Assembly: GCF_004010195.1 (NCBI RefSeq)
Contig: NC_057719.1
Span: 66,336,066 to 66,400,065 of the forward strand
DNA length: 64,000 bases
Direction: 5' to 3'
Origin: Chiloscyllium plagiosum
Lineage: Eukaryota
The notes beneath the pieces were generated by a model that saw only the letters and a list, made by a program, of their open reading frames with translations, ran no database searches and had not been told where the DNA came from. Below are positions 27,348 through 40,169 of this stretch, piece after piece; position 1 is the stretch's first letter, and each line of letters starts with the position of its first letter. A program made the translations under genes and the position numbers.

Positions 27348-28239
27348 TGCTTAAAGTGGAGTGGTTTGACCAGCTGCATCACTCCTGGAATATTCACTTT
27401 ACATCTGCCTTTACCATAAAAAAGTTACAATCTGGGCTACCTTCATTTAAATGTTTTGAGGAGCTCTGACCTAGTCCACAACAAGAAATACATTGATACA
27501 AATGGCCTCTTTCTGCAAAGTTTCTATCATGTTACTTATCATTACTATAAACTATAAATTCACTTAATTTCATTCTCTGCTTCTTTTAAAAATAAAAGAC
27601 TGATGTCCCTATTGTTCAGGAAGGCACAGATGCCTCATTGACGCCACCGTGACTCTCACTTCCAGCCAAATGCGGCGTTAAGAAAATTTGACTTGCATAG
27701 TGCGGAAATTAAACCTAAGTCAGCAGCAAAAAAGCAAAAGCAGTAAATTCTGGGTTGATGAAGTGACATGATTTTTGCACTCATTCCAATCTGTTTTCCT
27801 GTAGAAATGTAGGGCACATTGACTTGTTTGTCACACACTTCAGTAACAAACTATGCCAGTTCGTATCTGCTCAGCTTTGTCAGTCGCTTAAGACAAATAT
27901 TTTGATAATTGTTTCCATTTAAAAGATGACAGGGAAGTTTAATTATATAACATAAAACTCATGTGATTCGCAAGTAGGCTTTTGAATGTATGCGGTAGTG
28001 TTTTGGAAAAGAAGGCATTGCTATGGGTCCTTGCTCCAATTTGCATTACTGTATTTGCCTAGCTGCATCTAAGTAGTAATATGGAATATACATTATCCTA
28101 CTGATTATACCTTGGAAGTTACATTCCTATTGCCGATTAGTTTTCGAATATTATAATTAGAAATATGACTACATATCCTGCTATAGCTAACCCTCAGCTT
28201 CGATCATCGATGTTGATCAATGTAAAAAGCTGCCTGCAG

Positions 28240-28680
28240 GAGGCATTATATAAAATGAAAAGGGACATTTAGAGGCAAGCACTACACTTACAGAGGTGCA
28301 GTGTGATGAGAGAACGAGTCAGCAGAGGTGTGTGTGTTTTTCCCCCTCTCTCATATTGTCGTCGCTTCCCCTCCTCTTTCCTGTTCTATAAATAACCCAT
28401 AAGATTAACTCACGGCTGCTGAATCCTTTCCAAGGCTCGTCACGCCAAGTTCCAGCCCCCCAATGCCAAGCTGATACGTCGGGCGCTACTGGGAAGGTTG
28501 ATCTGTTTGGGTGAGTTCGCTGTCACTCTCTCCCTCCTCCCGGTCCAGCTGCTGCCGATGTGAGAAGCGGATTGCTCGGGGAGCTAATGCTGTTGACGAG
28601 GTAGCAACATCTCGACCCAGGCAAGTTAAAGCAAACCTCTGCGGTCAATCGCATCTGTCTCATTAGACACCAGGTAAACT
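28240..28680 (+). promoter_or_regulatory. Candidate promoter and non-coding first exon of the formin gene
   Basis: Repeat-free, locally GC/CpG-enriched segment in otherwise CpG-poor DNA; CTATAAATAA at 28386-28395; several GCCAAG motifs; donor-like CCAG|gtaaac at 28673/28674 followed by an abrupt shift to AT-rich sequence. Confidence 0.5.
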
Positions 28681-29229
28681 GTTTAAAAAGAATAACAATT
28701 CTCTTTAAATACACGTTATAAACAGGTGGACTGCGTAACAGAAAAAAAAACAAACTAATTAAGTTCATTTTGTTAGAATATTGCCGCAGATAATCTGGGT
28801 TAACCCTTTCATGTAATTTGCCCTGCAGTATAAGTTCTTTTTTTTTTGCCAATTTCTTGTTAATAAATAGACTATAGGACCATGATATATTCCGGGAATA
28901 AGTATTAGATTTTAACTTGCATCTTCTTTGCTACTGTTGAGAAAGCTTGGCTCTGTTAACACTTTTTTTTAAATAACATTTTTACTTGATTAAAGATGTG
29001 GCTGTTCTCTGAAAGTTTTATTCCGGCCATAAATTGAGTTTTGGAAATATAAAAATGTTGTATTACTCGTTTCCCGGGCTGATGCACTTTTTCAATAAGT
29101 GAAACAAATGTGCCAACAAATATGCCTGTTACCCTAATAGCAAGTCTTAAATAATAGATTATAACCATCAAAGTGCTGTTACTGAATTTGGGTTAGGCAT
29201 GAAGACAAAAATGTTTGACTCAGATATTT

Positions 29230-29585
29230 ACTGAATATTAACAGGGAACTTGAGACAGTAGATGCTGAAAGAATTCTTGTTGTGAAGTATAGAACAGGGG
29301 AACACAATTTAAAAATAAAAGGTCTACCATTCAAGATGAAGATTGGAAGAATTTTTTTCTCATGGGTCTGTGAAACCTCCTTCCCGAGAGAGTAGTGGAG
29401 AAAGGGCCTTTTGAATATTTGTAAGGCAGAGATAGAATCTTGATTGCAAGGGGAGTTAAAAAGGCACAGGGGCTAGGCAGAAAGTAGAGCTGAGGCCATA
29501 ATCAGATCAGCCAGGTCCTTATAAAAACATTGAAAAGACTCAAGGGGTCGAATGGCTTGTTCCTGCTCCTAATTTGTATGCTTAG
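29230..29585 (+). mobile_element. Old CR1 3' end
   Basis: Degenerate similarity to CR1 3' ends; cctgctcctaatttgtatg tail. Confidence 0.6.
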
Positions 29586-29729
29586 ATGGGCATGCCTTTA
29601 ATGCATTAACGGTTCCTATATGGACAGAAATTTGCTTGTGAAAGATGAAAAACAAAGTTAATTGGAAATTTTGACTTTGGATATGTATCAGCTGATCACA
29701 ACTATTTTAGCCAGAAAATATTTTCACTT

Positions 29730-30432
29730 TACATGTAGTGCAGGTTCATAGTTCCTTGAAAGTACAGTCGCAGGTAAATAGGACAGTGAAGAAGGTTTTT
29801 GGTATGCTTACCTTTATCGATCAAAGCATTTAGTATAGGAGCTGGGAGGTCAATGTTGCAGCTGTTTAGGACATTGGTTAGGCCATTTTTTTGGAATACT
29901 GCGTGCAATTCTGGTCTCGTTGCTATTGGAAGGATGTTGTGAAACTTGAAAGGGTTCAGAAATAATTTACAAGGATGTTGCCAGGGTTGGAGGGTTTGGG
30001 CTATAGGGAGAGGCTGAGAAGGCTGGGGCTATTTTCCCTGGAGCGGAGCTGAGGAGTGACCCTATAGAGGTTTATAAAATCATGAGGGCCACGGGTAAGG
30101 TAAATAGACAAGGTCTTTTCTCCCGAGGTGAGGGAGCCCAAAACTAGAGGATAAAGGTTTTAAGGTGAGAGGGGAAAGATTTAAAAGGGAGCTATGGGGC
30201 AACTTTTTCATGCAAAGAGTGATGCGTGTGTGGAATGAGCTACCAGAGGAAGTGGTGGAGGCTGGTACAATTACAGCATTTAAAAGGCATCTGGATGGGT
30301 ATATGAATAAGGAGGGTTTAGAGGGGTATGGGCCAGATGCTGGCAAATAGGTGTAGATTTATTTAGGGTATCTGGTCGGCATAGACGAGTTGGACCAAAG
30401 TCTGTTTCTATGCTGTACAGCTCTGACTCTAT
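29730..30432 (+). mobile_element. CR1/HER1-type LINE 3' fragment
   Basis: GNFFMQRVMRVWNELPEEVVEAGTITAFKRHLD; ctgactctat tail. Confidence 0.92.
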
Positions 30433-31179
30433 ATATAGTTAATGGACCATATCTATCTAGAGCAGAGACTCCCTTTTATGTTATCCCACTTTAGTTACAT
30501 TTTACAAGTTTAGTTTTTAATTTTCCTATCTAATTCTTTAGAAGTGAGAGCTGCTTACAGCGCTGTGAAGGTAACCAGACATCTAGGGCTTTGATGAAAT
30601 ACTGGATAAACACAGTCTGTTTTTTAATCAATGTGATTAATGGATTGAGAAATACACACTGGAAGATCAGAGAAGGAAGGTACATTAGATAATGAGCTCA
30701 ACAATAATAACTTATTTATACAGTTCTTTTTAATATAATAAAACACTCTGACACTTGAGGTAGAATAGTAGCAAAGGAGGAAAGTAAATGCATTTCCTTC
30801 ATCACTTTGGATTCTGCTACAACCCAGAGCATCAAAGATCTGTGTGTTGATTATCTACACGTTCAGTGACATGAAGAGCCATGTAGAAACTTCATGAGCC
30901 TGAGTAGAAATCATCCTTGAATCAACAAGTAGCTGATAAAACATTTACTAAGCACTTAACAGGAGCATTATTAGATAAAATAGAATACCAAACTACATTA
31001 AAGGAACTTCATGCCCTCCCATGATGGTTTTGCAAAGTGGAGCTTTTAAATAGGTGGGATAGATGATGGGAGAGCACTTGCCCACTTTTTTGCCACTGTC
31101 CCAATTAAAGTCCCCATGGCAGCAAGGCACATCAATAGCCCTACTGTACCATTGCCCATTAAGGCCTTTAGATAATTGG

Positions 31180-31350
31180 ATGATTAGATTAGATTTCCTA
31201 TAGTATGGAAACAGGCCCTTCAGCCCATCAAGTGCACACTGACCCTCTCTGAAGAGTAGCCCAACCAGACCCATTTCACTACCCTATATTTACCCCTGAT
31301 TAATGCACTGAACATTATTGGCAATTTAGCATGGCCAATTCACCTGACCA
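31180..31350 (-). mobile_element. HE1-type SINE 3' half
   Basis: gattagattagatt tail and body similarity. Confidence 0.8.
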
Positions 31351-31544
31351 TATGGGTACTTAATGCCCACTTAACTGGCCATCTCTGGTGTGTAAAGGCT
31401 TCAGAACCCTGGAGCACCCTTGCAATGATGTTGTTGGAGCTGTGCATCACTGAGTATAAATAAGACTGTGTAAATGGAGTTAGAACACACAAGAATAAAA
31501 GAAAATTGAAAGCACATGCACATGACCACAAAGGAATAGATTAA

Positions 31545-31755
31545 TCTATAGAGTCATAGAGATGTACAGCATGGAAACAGGCCCTTCGGTCCAACCCGTC
31601 CTTGCTAGCCAGATATCCCAACCCAATCTAGTCCCACCAGCCAGCGCCCGGCCCATTTTCCTCCCTCCCCCCCCCCCCCCCCCCAAACCCTTCCTATTCA
31701 TATACCCACCCAAATGCCTCTTAAATATTGCAATTGTATCAGCCTCCACCATTCC
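31545..31755 (-). mobile_element. CR1/HER1-type LINE 3' end
   Basis: FKRHLGGYMNRKG and tail. Confidence 0.88.
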
Positions 31756-32019
31756 CTCTTGTAACAATATAACTGTAAGATCAGAGCCTGTAACATCTTT
31801 GATTATCATGTATAGCAATATCCATTATTAATATATAGTCATACAACTTTTGCAGTCTCAACATGAAGATAGTCCTTAACTTTGCCTTCTCCTTAACCAG
31901 TCTATAAAGAAAGCAAACTCTATGGCATCAAATCATATGGTAAAAGAGTGTCTATTGCAGAAGCCCACAAAACAAACTCTGTCAGGTTTTCCTGCAGACA
32001 CCCGTATGGGTATCTCAAT

Positions 32020-32215
32020 CTATCATTTACACTTTATCCTCTTCCCCCTCCCTATCTTCTTCATGAAAACCAATGTTTTCCTAGTTACCATCAGTTGTGA
32101 AGAAAGGTCACTGGATCCAAAACATTAATTCTGATTTCTCTCCATAGATGCTGCCAGACCTGCTAGGTTTTACCAGCAATTTGTTTTTGTTGCTGATGTC
32201 CAGCATCCATAGTTT
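32020..32215 (+). mobile_element. PLE terminal-repeat relic (family 3) with decayed hammerhead-like core
   Basis: gtgaagaaaggtcactggatccaaaacatt...gatgctgccagacctgct; related to 42280-42380 and 58350-58595. Confidence 0.6.
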
Positions 32216-32280
32216 TATCTTTATACGTGAGAGTAAGGTGGGGGTCCCTTATCCAAAGGCACTCTGTACCTGATCACTGT

Positions 32281-32580
32281 GGGTGGCACAGTGGTTAGCA
32301 CTGCTGCCTCACAGCGCCAGAGACACAGGTTCAATTTCCGCCTCAGGCGACTGACTGTGTGGAGTTTGCACATTCTCCCCGTGTCTGCGTGGGTTTCCTC
32401 CGGGTGCTCCGGTTTCCTCCCACAGTCCAAAGATGTGCAGGTCAGGTGAATTGGCCATGCTAAATTGTCCGTAGTGTTAGGTAAGAGGTAAATGTAGAGG
32501 TATGGGTGGTTTGCGCTTCGGCGGGTCGGTGTGGACTTATTGGGCCGAAGGGCCTGTTTCCACACTGTAAAGTAATCTAA
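32281..32580 (+). mobile_element. HE1-type SINE, well preserved
   Basis: gtggcacagtggttagc A box region, ggttcaattt B box, ttgggccgaagggcctgtttccacactgt tail. Confidence 0.92.
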
Positions 32581-33120
32581 AAGGATCCAACATCAGGAAG
32601 GGGGAGATAGCTGCTGAGAGCCACTTGCTGCTGATCCCATCTCCATCTTATGTTCACTCACCTGAGCTTGGTTGATCCTAGGCCTCAAATGGGTGTCATA
32701 CCTTCAGCAGTGACTGTCTCTCCAGCACCTCTCAGCATATGGGACCTCAGCATCACCTGTCCAGATATTTGATAGAATCCCTGGAGAAAGTATGCCACTG
32801 GCTAGTTAAGTGCCTGATTGATACTCTTGCCACCTCTTCAGAAGGTAGGGAAGACCTCTATTGCCTCCATTAATTACTGCTCTAGAGGAAAAGAGGTCAC
32901 TGGTTTGAGGATTGTGTTGAAGGAAGAAAGTGAGGTGCAGAGGTGTAAGATATTCCAGAGTTTAGAATTTGGGCTAAAAGTCCAGAATTTGGTGTCAAAT
33001 CAAACATTAAAAGTTGGGAACAGGATAGAGGAAAAGTTAAACAAAATTAAATAGGTAAAATTTGTCATTTTAAAATTGAGTTGTAAGTTAATAATAGCAA
33101 ATCCAGTGAAATATAAGTGA

Positions 33121-33318
33121 TATTGACAATAAACATGTTATTTCTCCAATATAATTTTAAAAAGTTTTCAATATTAAAGCAAAGGGTTGCATATCACTGA
33201 TATTGCTATGAAATATCAATGATACTTCACAGCTATATCAGTGAAATGCAACCCTTTTGTTTTAATATTGAGAACTTTTTAAAATTATATTGGAGAAATA
33301 ACATGTTTATTGTCAATA
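33121..33318. repeat. ~198 bp AT-rich near-perfect palindrome
   Basis: Outer 46 bp perfectly inverted; pairing continues with a few mismatches to a centre at ~33219 (tatca-a-tgata). Confidence 0.95.
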
Positions 33319-33379
33319 CATTTCAGTACATTTAGTAACTTGATAATGTGCCTTGTGGCAAGCATGCAATAGCTTTGAG

Positions 33380-33770
33380 GTGAACATTTTAGTGCCTTAC
33401 TCAATATCTAGACATCTTAAATGCTTTGCACTCAACAAAATACTCTAAGTGCAGTCATAGTAGTTAACTAAGAAACTCATCAGCCGATTTCTGCAGAATA
33501 ACGGCCTCACAATGAAATGAATGGCCAAATATACTAGTTTTCCATCAATTCAAATAAAAAGAGTATTGACCAGGACATCAGATAGACACCTCTTCTGACA
33601 AGAATCCACTGGGGAGTTTATACGTAATGTAGGGGACAGATGGACATTGGTTTAACATCTTCAAAAGCTGGCCCCTTTGATAATGAAATATTGTTTGACA
33701 AAATATTCATGTGGAAATTACCTCTGGGCTGAAGCTTGAATTCACAACTTTCCAACTCGCCATTGCAGGA
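33380..33770 (-). mobile_element. Ancient DeuSINE-like (SacSINE1/AmnSINE1-related) relic
   Basis: tattgaccaggacatcag...ggggacagatggacattggtttaacatct resembles the recalled Deu-domain consensus. Confidence 0.5.
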
Positions 33771-35679
33771 CATTGTGATTTATAGGTTATAGTCTGGGAG
33801 TAGACATGCACAGCCTGATACTTCCAAGATGAAGAAAATGCAAATATATCCAATTCACATGAGCATTCCCAGATCAAATTTAATTAAAATCCATGACTCC
33901 TTTCAACAGATCAGATTTGTGCTGGAATTATATATAAACAGAGGTGCCCAATGTTCTTTTATTTAACTGCCTTCAGGAATATAACCTGACATTATCTGAA
34001 GTACTGTATTTCACAGTGAGTCTGAAAGTAGCTTGCGGTCATGTACATATGGAAATTTTCAAAAGCAAGTAATGGATGTAAAATGTTTTCAGTAGAGAAA
34101 ACCACCCTAATTCATTGTATTTTAAGAATATTATCTTTATGTTCTGTTGAATTATCACATCACCACAAATACTGCTTCTGCTATGAATTTTAATTTCTAT
34201 AAGCATATACAGTTTTGTGCTAACTGATTTGACATAATTGATTTTCTAAAAAGCATGTCATAAATAATCTGCGAAAACAAAGAGCTAAATCCCATTTGTT
34301 AAATTCCATGAACACTTGTGTGAAAGAATTCTGCAGAAGGAATTGAACTTTTGCAAGAATATATTTGACAGTACAGACAGGTTGTGACACTTTAGTCATT
34401 TATTATTCTGTGTCTGTGATGATAACATCATGTTAGTAAAGATTGAAAACAGAGTTTCTGTTGTCAGGATTTCTTCACTGGAACCAGATAGATTCTTGAT
34501 CTTGCACTATATAACTGCTGCTCCCTTGTGTTCAGATTTAGAAATAATTATCCTACATAACACTTCGAAGTATGCTATGCTGTTATATTGCTACTTAGAA
34601 CAAATATTTGAAATTAATGGATGAATGTTATACTCATCCCTCGAATGAACATTGCTCATCTTGATATTTTTTTCATTTTGAACTTCCAAAATGAATTAAT
34701 GCAGGCCAACTGTATAACCAAAGCTTCGTTTAGAGGACATTTCCTCTCTGCACTAAAAACGTCTCTATTCAGATAGCAGTTCCTAAAAAGTTCATTTCCT
34801 GGACAGACAGTCTTGCTATGTCTTGAATGTATGAAATGATTCCAATAACTTTCTTGTACCTTTTACATTTTTTTGCAAGTATTAGCACAAGATGAAAGAG
34901 CAAGTGATACTGTATTCTAGAAATTACATGATTCCAAATTGGGAAGAGTATTAGGCAGTGCATGTTGCACAAACCTAATGGAAGTGTTGATAACACAGGC
35001 AACTTTTGTTGGCTGTTTTATTTACTGGTAAGCTGTAGGTGTGATAACATTATATAGGCAACTCTGCACACTGATGAACAACATGATTGGTTGATCAGGA
35101 TGGCAGCAGGGATCACCAAGAGCTTGGGGGTACAGAGGGGTGGGAAAGTAATTGAAAGGAATGATGGTCCCTCAAAGGTTGATAATTACTAAAGAATGGG
35201 GAGCCACAGTGGGGAAAGATTGAACAGCAAGATTCAAACAAAGCTGTAAACTGATGACAACCTCCAGCAATCTCTTTAACGTCCATTAATTTGGCAGCCC
35301 AACAGTTAAAGGAATTAATGGCATTATATCTTGTTAAGAAGGTTGCAATTTCTTTTGGGATTTTTGTAAAAAAAAACAGAGGCCATAATATGTATTTCAG
35401 GGGCCTGAAAGAGTTTTCAGTGGATGGTTCTGCATGCCACTGATAATGTTGTTCTCTTGTATGTATATTTTCCATCTATGAAGTTGGACATGCAAACAAT
35501 ATTTAAACCTGTAAACACTGGTAACTGGACATTTCTCCAGCTGCAATGTGCGCTTCCAATTATATAGTGTCATTCAAATATAGTGAGATATTCCAAGAGT
35601 TTTATGAAACAAGATCCAACACCAAACCAGACAAAGGAATGCAAAGACCAAAGATGAAGATTTGAAACAGTTTCATATA

Positions 35680-37750
35680 CAATATGAACACAAATTAGCA
35701 GGCGGAGTACACCATTCAGCTTCTTCAACCTGCTCTGCCATTTTATAACATCTTTGCAGGTCTGATTGTAACTTCCAATCCACATTTATGCTTACACCTG
35801 ATTATATTATTATGCAAGGGGATGAAGGCTATCTACCTCTACACTGAATATATTCAAAGATTGTGCTTCCACCATCTTTTCACGAAGACTTCTGAATTCT
35901 CCCAATTGTCTAAGAAAAATAATTTTGCCCAATCTCTGTTTTAAAATGGGTGATCCTGATTCTAAGTAGTGATTTCTCTGTCTGGATTCTCCCAACAGAA
36001 ACATATCCACCCTGTCAAGATCCCTCAGGGTTTTGTATTGCTCAATCAAATCACCTCTTCTAAGTCTTAGTTTCCAGCAGTTACAAGCCTAACTGGTCCA
36101 ACCTTTGCTCATAAGACTGCTCTCTCAATCCAGGTATTAGTCTAGTAAACCATCTCTGAACTACCTCCAACACATTTGCATCCTTTCTTATATAAGGTGA
36201 TCTGTGCAATCACTCTCTAGGTGTGGTCTTACCAGAGCTGTGTGCAGCTGAAGTATAACCTCCCCTGTTTTTGTATTTGATTCTTCTCATCACAAAGGAT
36301 AACATTCCATTAACTTTTCTAATTACTTGCTGTACCTGCATACTAGTCTCTTAAGATTTAGAGCCTAGGACACCCAGATATCTTTGCATTTCAGTTCTGC
36401 AATTCCTTATCATTTAGATAGTATACTTTTTAAAAATTCTTCATGCAAAAAGGGACAATTTCACATTTTCCTACATTATACTCCACTTGCCATTTTTTGC
36501 CTACTCATAATCTATCAATACCTTTTTTTAAATGCCTTCTTGTATTCTCTTCACAACTTGCGTTCCTACCCATGTCTGTTTCATGAGCAAATTTAGCAAT
36601 CACACCTCCCATCCCTTCATTGACCTCCTTTCTAAAATGTCTTAAGTCATTGAGGATGTCTCTCTCTGTCTCTCTAGAGAGAGAGCAGGCCAATGGCGAA
36701 CTTGGCTTTTATTACCCTCTACTTTCTTATTCCCTGCAAAAATGTAGAACCTTATTAAATGGCTTCTGGAAATTTTAAATACAATATATTCACCAGTTCC
36801 TTTATCAACAGCACAAGTTACTTTATGGAATCCCTGCAGTACAGGATAAGGCCATTTGGCTCATTGAGTCCAAACTGCCCCTCCAAAGAGCATTGCACTC
36901 AGACCACCCATGCTAACTACCCCCCTCCAAACCCAACCCACCATATACCTGTAACCCTGCATTTCCAAGGGCTAATCTACCTAGTCTGCGCATCCTTGGA
37001 CACTATGGGCAATTTAACATGGCCAGTCCACCTAAGCTGTACATCTTTGGACTACTTCAAACAACGAACTGATCAAAAGATGATTTTTGTTTTCCCAAAG
37101 CCAGCTTGACTGCCTGATTACCTTGAGCTTATCCAAGTGCCCTGTTACAATTGCTTTAGTTATAGCTTCTAACATTTTTTTTATGTTAACTTGATGTTAA
37201 GCTAACTGGCCTGTAGCTTTCTGCTATCTCTCTCCCTCTCTTTGTAAATAAAGGAGTTACATTCATTAGCTTTCAATCTAATAGGATTATCCCTCAGACA
37301 AGGGTTTTTAGGAAAATATAAACTAATATAACTGTCTCATTAACCACTTTTTTTAAGACCTTAGAATAAAATGAAGCAGGACCTTAGCACTTGTCAGCAA
37401 TTTACTTAGTACCACTTCACTGGTGACGGTAATTTTGCTGTCTAATCCTGATTTATCATTGCTTCTGCAATGTTACTTGTATCTTCTGAAATGAACACCA
37501 TTGCAAAATTGTTACTCCAATTAATTTGCCATATCCTTATTTCCATCATTAATTCTTCACTCTCTCTATAGGATCACATTCACTTTGTTAACTTTTTTTT
37601 TTCTTCTTGTTTAAACATTTTATAGAAGATCTCACATACTGCTGATATATTACTGATTAACTTTCTTGTGTACTCTTCTTTTTCCACTATATTATTTTAT
37701 TTTTTAAAATCCTTCTTTGCAGCTTTTAAAATTATCTTCAATACGAATGC
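35680..37750 (-). mobile_element. Old degenerate CR1 LINE with nested HE1 fragment (~36825-37050)
   Basis: IAKFAHET, YKTLRDLDRVD motifs; SINE body inside. Confidence 0.7.
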
Positions 37751-37852
37751 TGATCTTGTAAGGATCGGTGCTTGTTTCGGTATAATTTTCAAATGCAATA
37801 TTGCATCACCTTCATACTTTCCAATGAATCAAACCAGCCGAGGTAAACATTA

Positions 37853-38720
37853 GAGACAAAAATCTGCAGATGCTGGAATCCAAAGTAGACCAGCAGGAGG
37901 CTGGAAGAACACAGTAAACCAAGCAGCATCAGGAGATAGAGAAGTCAACATTTCAAGTATAACCCTTCAGGAATGGAGGTCGGGTTAGGGGGAGCTGCAG
38001 ATAAAGGGGGAAAGGAGAGTTTTAGGTGGGGAAAGGGGCAGAGTGGTGAGGTAGTGATAGGTGACCTAGTTGGTTGATGGGAGGAATGAATCTGATTGTT
38101 AGCTGGAAGGGCTGGTCAGGAGATGGGATGGAAGGGAGGAGGTGGGGCTGAAAAAGGAGTCTTGGGATGAGTGGGGAGATTATTTGAACTTGGACAACTC
38201 AATTTTGAATCCTCCTGGCTATCGGCTGGCCAGGGGGAAGATAAGGTGTTGTTCCTACAATTTGTAGTCTGATTCACTGTGGCAAAGGAGGAGAGGGAAT
38301 GGGAAGGGGAATTGAAGTGGATGGTGACCAGGTAGTCAGGCTGGCCCTTATGGGGCCAGCCTGACTACCTGACTAAGATGCTCAGTGAAATGTTCCCTAA
38401 CTGTGGCAAAGGAGGAGAGGGAATGGGAAGGGGAATTGAAGTGGATGGTGACCATGTAGTCAGGCTGGCCCTTATGGGTGCAGCTAAGATGCTCAGTGAA
38501 ATGTTCCCTAATTTTGCGAGTGATGAAGGGAATGGTCCTTGTGGAAGGTGGGGAGGGGAGGATGTTCTGGGTGGTGGGATCCAACTGGAGTTGGCAGAAG
38601 TGTTAGAGATGATACATTGGATGCAGAGACTAGTAGGGTGGAAAGTGAGGACAAGGGGGACCCTGTCTTTTATGTTTGGGGTGGGGGGTGGGGGGCAGGG
38701 TGCAGTGTGGTTAGCCAAGT
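37853..38720 (-). mobile_element. Penelope-like retroelement 3' part (ORF C-terminus with GIY-YIG region plus terminal repeat)
   Basis: DRVPLVLTFHPTSL.IQ.II, DPTT.NI.PSPP, HFTEHL...V.IHFNSPSHSLS; terminal repeat family 2 at 37853-37975. Confidence 0.85.
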
Positions 38721-40169
38721 CTGGTAGAGAGTTTGTTATATAGTCTGAAATCTTTAAAGTTTGAACTGATGTATCTGTTATCTCATGGATCACTATATTG
38801 TGTAGATCTGTGCATGCTGGTAGAACTTGTGTCCTTCCTCCAACAGTACTTTGATGTATGTTCTCTGAGTTTCTCGAGAAATGTGATTTTTGGAAAAATT
38901 TGATGGGTGCAGAGTCAATGACCAGTTCCAAAACCTTTTCATCAAAATCACATTCCTTACCTTTTGTATCAAAGTTTTGGCAATAATTTGATCAATATTT
39001 TCACCTAGCTGTTGGCATTATCCATGAGCTTAAGTTTATGAATCCTGGAGTTGGCTTGGACCTCAAGCTGATCTTTAAAATTGGACATACTTTTCAGTAT
39101 CTTTGTGATCTTTGCTGGAAATACAGTATAGAAGGATTGGATTCTTCTCAGTTCTTAATTTTCCAAATCAAAAAGTTTAACTACCTGTCTTTCTCTTTCA
39201 GCTGTTGATCTATGAAGTTAAAACAGATTTTTTTCAGTTACATAAAGAATGTCACTGAAGTGCCACTCCCTTCCCAGTTGTTTACTTGTTCATCCTTTCC
39301 TGTTGTTTTTCTAAAGAAGTAGCTGAGTAGCGGGAATATGTGACAATTAGGAAAAAAATGTATTGCAGAGTTGTCACACATGCCATTTCTGTTTCACATT
39401 GTTTCAGAAGAAAATAAAATGTCAGAGTTGACCATTAACTGTCTGCAGCTAATGCCTTAATGATATGGAGAGTGTTTGTGTTTTTAAACTGGTGTTTTAG
39501 CTATACTTCGTTCCAGGGTTGCTTTGATAAATTACAACTACCCTGAGTCTCATGTTAATTCAAAATTTTGTAATTTGACATACAGTAGACTCCTATTTTA
39601 CTTCCTTGAAATTGTACTCACAACTATATCTCTTTACCGTGATTCAGTACACAGTCTGACCTTCAGTCTTGGATGTTATAGTGTGAATTACAGCTTTGAA
39701 CTCTGATAGTGGGTGACTGTGTTTTAGAAAGGACAACTACAACCAATTTTCAGCCTTCGCTACCAAGTACCTGCAATGAGCCATCGGTGCCCACTTGCGA
39801 CCATCATGATATGATGTATTCTATCTGCTAGCCCACAGTGACTCTGGATCTTATTCAGGCAGATATCTGGAAGTTTAATAACAACTACCTAAGTATACTA
39901 ATAAGACAGCTTAGATTGTAGTCTGGATCTGTAATCCAAGATTATGACGTGACACTCTACTATAAAAGGTCTTGCACTCTGTTCAGTCAGCAGTTTTCAG
40001 GCAGGTAGTTAAGAAAACATGCAATGAGTCGGTCAACTATGAGTATATTTCACCATAAACAAGCATTAGTCATCCAGCTGCCTTTAAAAGTATAGCGCCT
40101 GAGATCTGTGCAATAGTTTCAACATTTCTATATAAAACAAAGTGCTGGATTGTGGAGAGAGAAAACTGC

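Larger units (their letters stand above)
26209..27483 (+). mobile_element. Solo LTR (Gypsy/ERV-like) carrying two nested insertions
   Basis: Starts TGTGATG, ends CACAACA, flanked by 4-bp direct repeat AGAA (26205-26208, 27484-27487). Confidence 0.7.

Noticed and set aside
31562..31831. ORF with PPPPPPP run
   Set aside because: Poly-C tract in the antisense of a CR1 3' end
11437..32580. tRNA genes suggested by A/B boxes
   Set aside because: All are heads of SINEs continuing into SINE body and LINE-like tail; no complete cloverleaf seen
39810..40123. Possible solo LTR (TATAAAA, ends CAACA)
   Set aside because: No TSD or clear 5' boundary; not supportable
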